A program made the translations under genes and the position numbers. From Candidatus Kaiserbacteria bacterium (GTDB taxonomy: Bacteria > Patescibacteriota > Minisyncoccia > Phycocordibacterales > UBA2100), in NCBI GenBank assembly GCA_027083345.1, contig JALWOZ010000010.1, forward strand, positions 7,301-71,300: 64,000 nt of DNA, given 5' to 3'. This document shows positions 62,346-64,000 of the stretch, piece after piece (position 1 is the first letter of the stretch; each line of letters opens with the position of its first letter). A model generated the notes under the pieces. The model was not told the DNA's origin, did not search any database, and saw only the letters and a program-made list of their open reading frames with translations.

Positions 62346-64000
62346 TTGCTTGAGCCTGTAGTCGTCGCTGTTGGAGTTGGGGTCGTTGTAGCGTGCCCAA
62401 CATCTGATAGTGTGGTAGTAGCCGTAGAGTCTGTTGTACTTGCTGTGGTTGTCGCAGTGTCATCTGTTGTTGTAGATGTTGTCTCATTTGTAGTTGTAGA
62501 GGTGCCGGTTGCAAAGTCTTGATTGTTTGATGAGTCTGGAGTACCTACTATCACAGTGCGGGTTGAGGAGGCTGTTACTCCATTGTACTCTGCTCTGTAT
62601 TCTATTGTGTAGGTTGTGCTTGTGCTTGTGTCTATGTCTACTGTTTGTACCTCTGTATTGTCTATATATGTGTGTAATGTTATATCTACTGTGTCTCCAT
62701 TCTCATTTACTGCTGTTGCTGTTGCTCCTAAGTCGCTATAGGTAGAGTTTAGTGCTATCTCTGCTGGGTTGTTGCCGAGGATTGTTATTGTCATAGCGCC
62801 ATCCGTAGTCTCTGACAAAGACGATTCACTTGATGTTTGTGTTGAATTTGTAGATACTGTGGCTAATTGTGCCTTTAGATTTTGCACCTCCTGCTCCAAC
62901 TTAGCTATCCTCTCCTCATTGTTAAATACTTTACCCGCTAAAGACTTTACACCGCTAGACAAGAAGGTTACAAATTTATATAAATCTATACCCTTACCTC
63001 CTTGAGCTAATATATCTAGTGGAGACTCCTCTGCTATGAGCCCAAACCTCTCTGTGCTCGTTGATGCATCACTTTTATAATAATATTTGGCTGCCGTTAA
63101 ATTTAGTAACTTATCTAAGATAGTATCCTCATCTGCTTTGGTTAAGTGTTGTATGTCTTTTTTAGACTCTCTTGTAGATACATTAACAAATGCTTTAGAC
63201 GCTATATTGCCATCTACATATAATTTATATGGTTTTGTTGTAGTGCTTGTTGTTGTGCCTATAGCTATACTCCCATCAGAGTCTATAGAGAATGTCTTAG
63301 ACAACTCTTGCACAGCGCTTAAAGCATACAACTCCAACCCAGTATAGTTAACCTGCTTGTAGCCCTTATCATCTATAACTACGAGCTCAGGGAAGATGCT
63401 CTCAACATTTTGTGCTAATGTTCCTATTTGGTTTGCCTCTGTGCCATACTTGTACTCGTCATATGCAAGCTGGTTCCATTTATAATTAACTACCCTCAAG
63501 CCGGCAAATTTATCTAGTACTCCTGTAATGTCCTCTATATTAGTCTTAAGTCTCTCGTCGGAGCTACATGTACCGGCTATCACCGTACCGTCGGCGTCTT
63601 TTACACATCCTGTCGTACCTGTACCTACTCGTATATCTCCTGACACATCTAGCTTATCTGCCGGCGCCGTCGTCCCAATGCCGACGTTGCCATTACTGTC
63701 CATTGTCATAACTTGAGTACCTACAGATGTTGCAGAAGTTCCATCTTTATACCAAGAAAGGTTGTTCCCATTATCTAACCCTACTCTCCATTGCCAAGCC
63801 CCTTGTTTGTATAGCTGCCAAACTTTATCCGCCGTTAGCTGTTTCTCAATAGAAAAGGCATCTTCTGAAGATCCTGAAGCAGTACTTACATGAAGATGTG
63901 CACCCGGACTCGTCGTACCAATACCCACATTACCATCAGTCCTTACTATAAAGTTACTGCCAGAGGCTCCGGAGCTAGCCTCTATAAGGTTACGAGCACT
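62342..64000 (-). CDS. tail-fibre-like protein, N-terminus beyond the window
   Basis: The frame stays open upstream of the GTG at 63928 to the window end. Repeated GNVGIGTT.P..KL.V units. S74 domain 1: SSDERLKTNIEDI...GTLAQNVESIFPELV...YTGLELYALSAVQEL. A degenerate second copy (ERFGLIAEESP). Coiled coil ERIAKLEQEVQNLKAQL. DUF5011-like ITILGNNPAEIALNSTYSDLGATATAVNENGD. T-rich C-terminus. Confidence 0.6.
   Translation of the reverse strand, partial: SARNLIEASSGASGSNFIVRTDGNVGIGTTSPGAHLHVSTASGSSEDAFSIEKQLTADKVWQLYKQGAWQWRVGLDNGNNLSWYKDGTSATSVGTQVMTMDSNGNVGIGTTAPADKLDVSGDIRVGTGTTGCVKDADGTVIAGTCSSDERLKTNIEDITGVLDKFAGLRVVNYKWNQLAYDEYKYGTEANQIGTLAQNVESIFPELVVIDDKGYKQVNYTGLELYALSAVQELSKTFSIDSDGSIAIGTTTSTTTKPYKLYVDGNIASKAFVNVSTRESKKDIQHLTKADEDTILDKLLNLTAAKYYYKSDASTSTERFGLIAEESPLDILAQGGKGIDLYKFVTFLSSGVKSLAGKVFNNEERIAKLEQEVQNLKAQLATVSTNSTQTSSESSLSETTDGAMTITILGNNPAEIALNSTYSDLGATATAVNENGDTVDITLHTYIDNTEVQTVDIDTSTSTTYTIEYRAEYNGVTASSTRTVIVGTPDSSNNQDFATGTSTTTNETTSTTTDDTATTTASTTDSTATTTLSDVGHATTTPTPTATTTGSSN

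Noticed and set aside
62400-62760. Low-complexity tgt/tgc/gtt-rich DNA that resembles repeats
   Set aside because: This is coding sequence for the Thr/Ser-rich C-terminal tail of the fibre protein (reverse strand). The units are irregular with no spacer structure, so it is not a CRISPR array or a tandem repeat.

Overview
This is an AT-rich bacterial chromosomal window of about 64 kb, densely coding, with tRNA genes and no rRNA or CRISPR array. It has a reduced-genome flavour: a short IF-2 lacking the N-terminal domains, a short RpoC (1213 aa), a 2250-aa giant surface protein, type IV pilins next to core genes, and several tRNA genes. From memory this is compatible with a Patescibacteria/CPR-like or similar small-genome lineage, but that is an inference, not a computed result.

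Recognisable housekeeping genes:
- rpoB-rpoC with parB upstream
- groES-groEL, gatCAB, ligA
- typA/bipA, infB-rbfA, miaA, def, rpmG
- an oxidative pentose-phosphate cluster (zwf-gnd-X-pgl)
- tRNAs Gln, Cys, Leu(TAA), Lys, Leu(CAA), Trp

Accessory content, in window order:
1. A metal/thiol-redox island at 1-10 kb. It holds a 5'-truncated pyridine-nucleotide-disulfide oxidoreductase fused to a DedA domain, a VKOR, a DsbA-like thioredoxin, a CPH-type copper P1B ATPase and DUF302. A CsoR repressor sits next to a palindromic operator and a MerT-like transporter fused to a Cys-rich domain.
2. An ArsR/TauE-like pair and a PMA-like P3A-type P-type ATPase.
3. A 2250-aa membrane-anchored giant protein (2 Laminin_G_3 domains, Ig-like repeats, a coiled-coil stalk, 2 late TMs, a C-terminal SH3b domain), immediately followed by a short PrsW-like intramembrane protease homologue.
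4. An ECF sigma/anti-sigma module flanked by acidic secreted proteins.
5. Four prepilin-type pilin genes plus a prepilin peptidase directly downstream of rpoBC.
6. A tRNA-Leu(CAA) locus where a GIY-YIG nuclease ORF is bracketed by a duplicated 5' half of the tRNA. The upstream copy is broken at the anticodon loop and carries a 20-nt GC-rich perfect palindrome.
7. A standalone Fic protein.
8. At the right edge, a truncated tail-fibre-like protein with tandem Peptidase_S74 (endosialidase intramolecular chaperone) domains, a DUF5011 Ig-like domain and a Thr-rich tail, next to a putative VirB2/TrbC-like pilin.

The strongest candidates for uncharacterised biology are the giant protein + PrsW-like pair, the rpoBC-linked pilin/PilD cluster, the GIY-YIG/tRNA-Leu mobile site, the S74 fibre protein and the CsoR-MerT-like-CopB operon.
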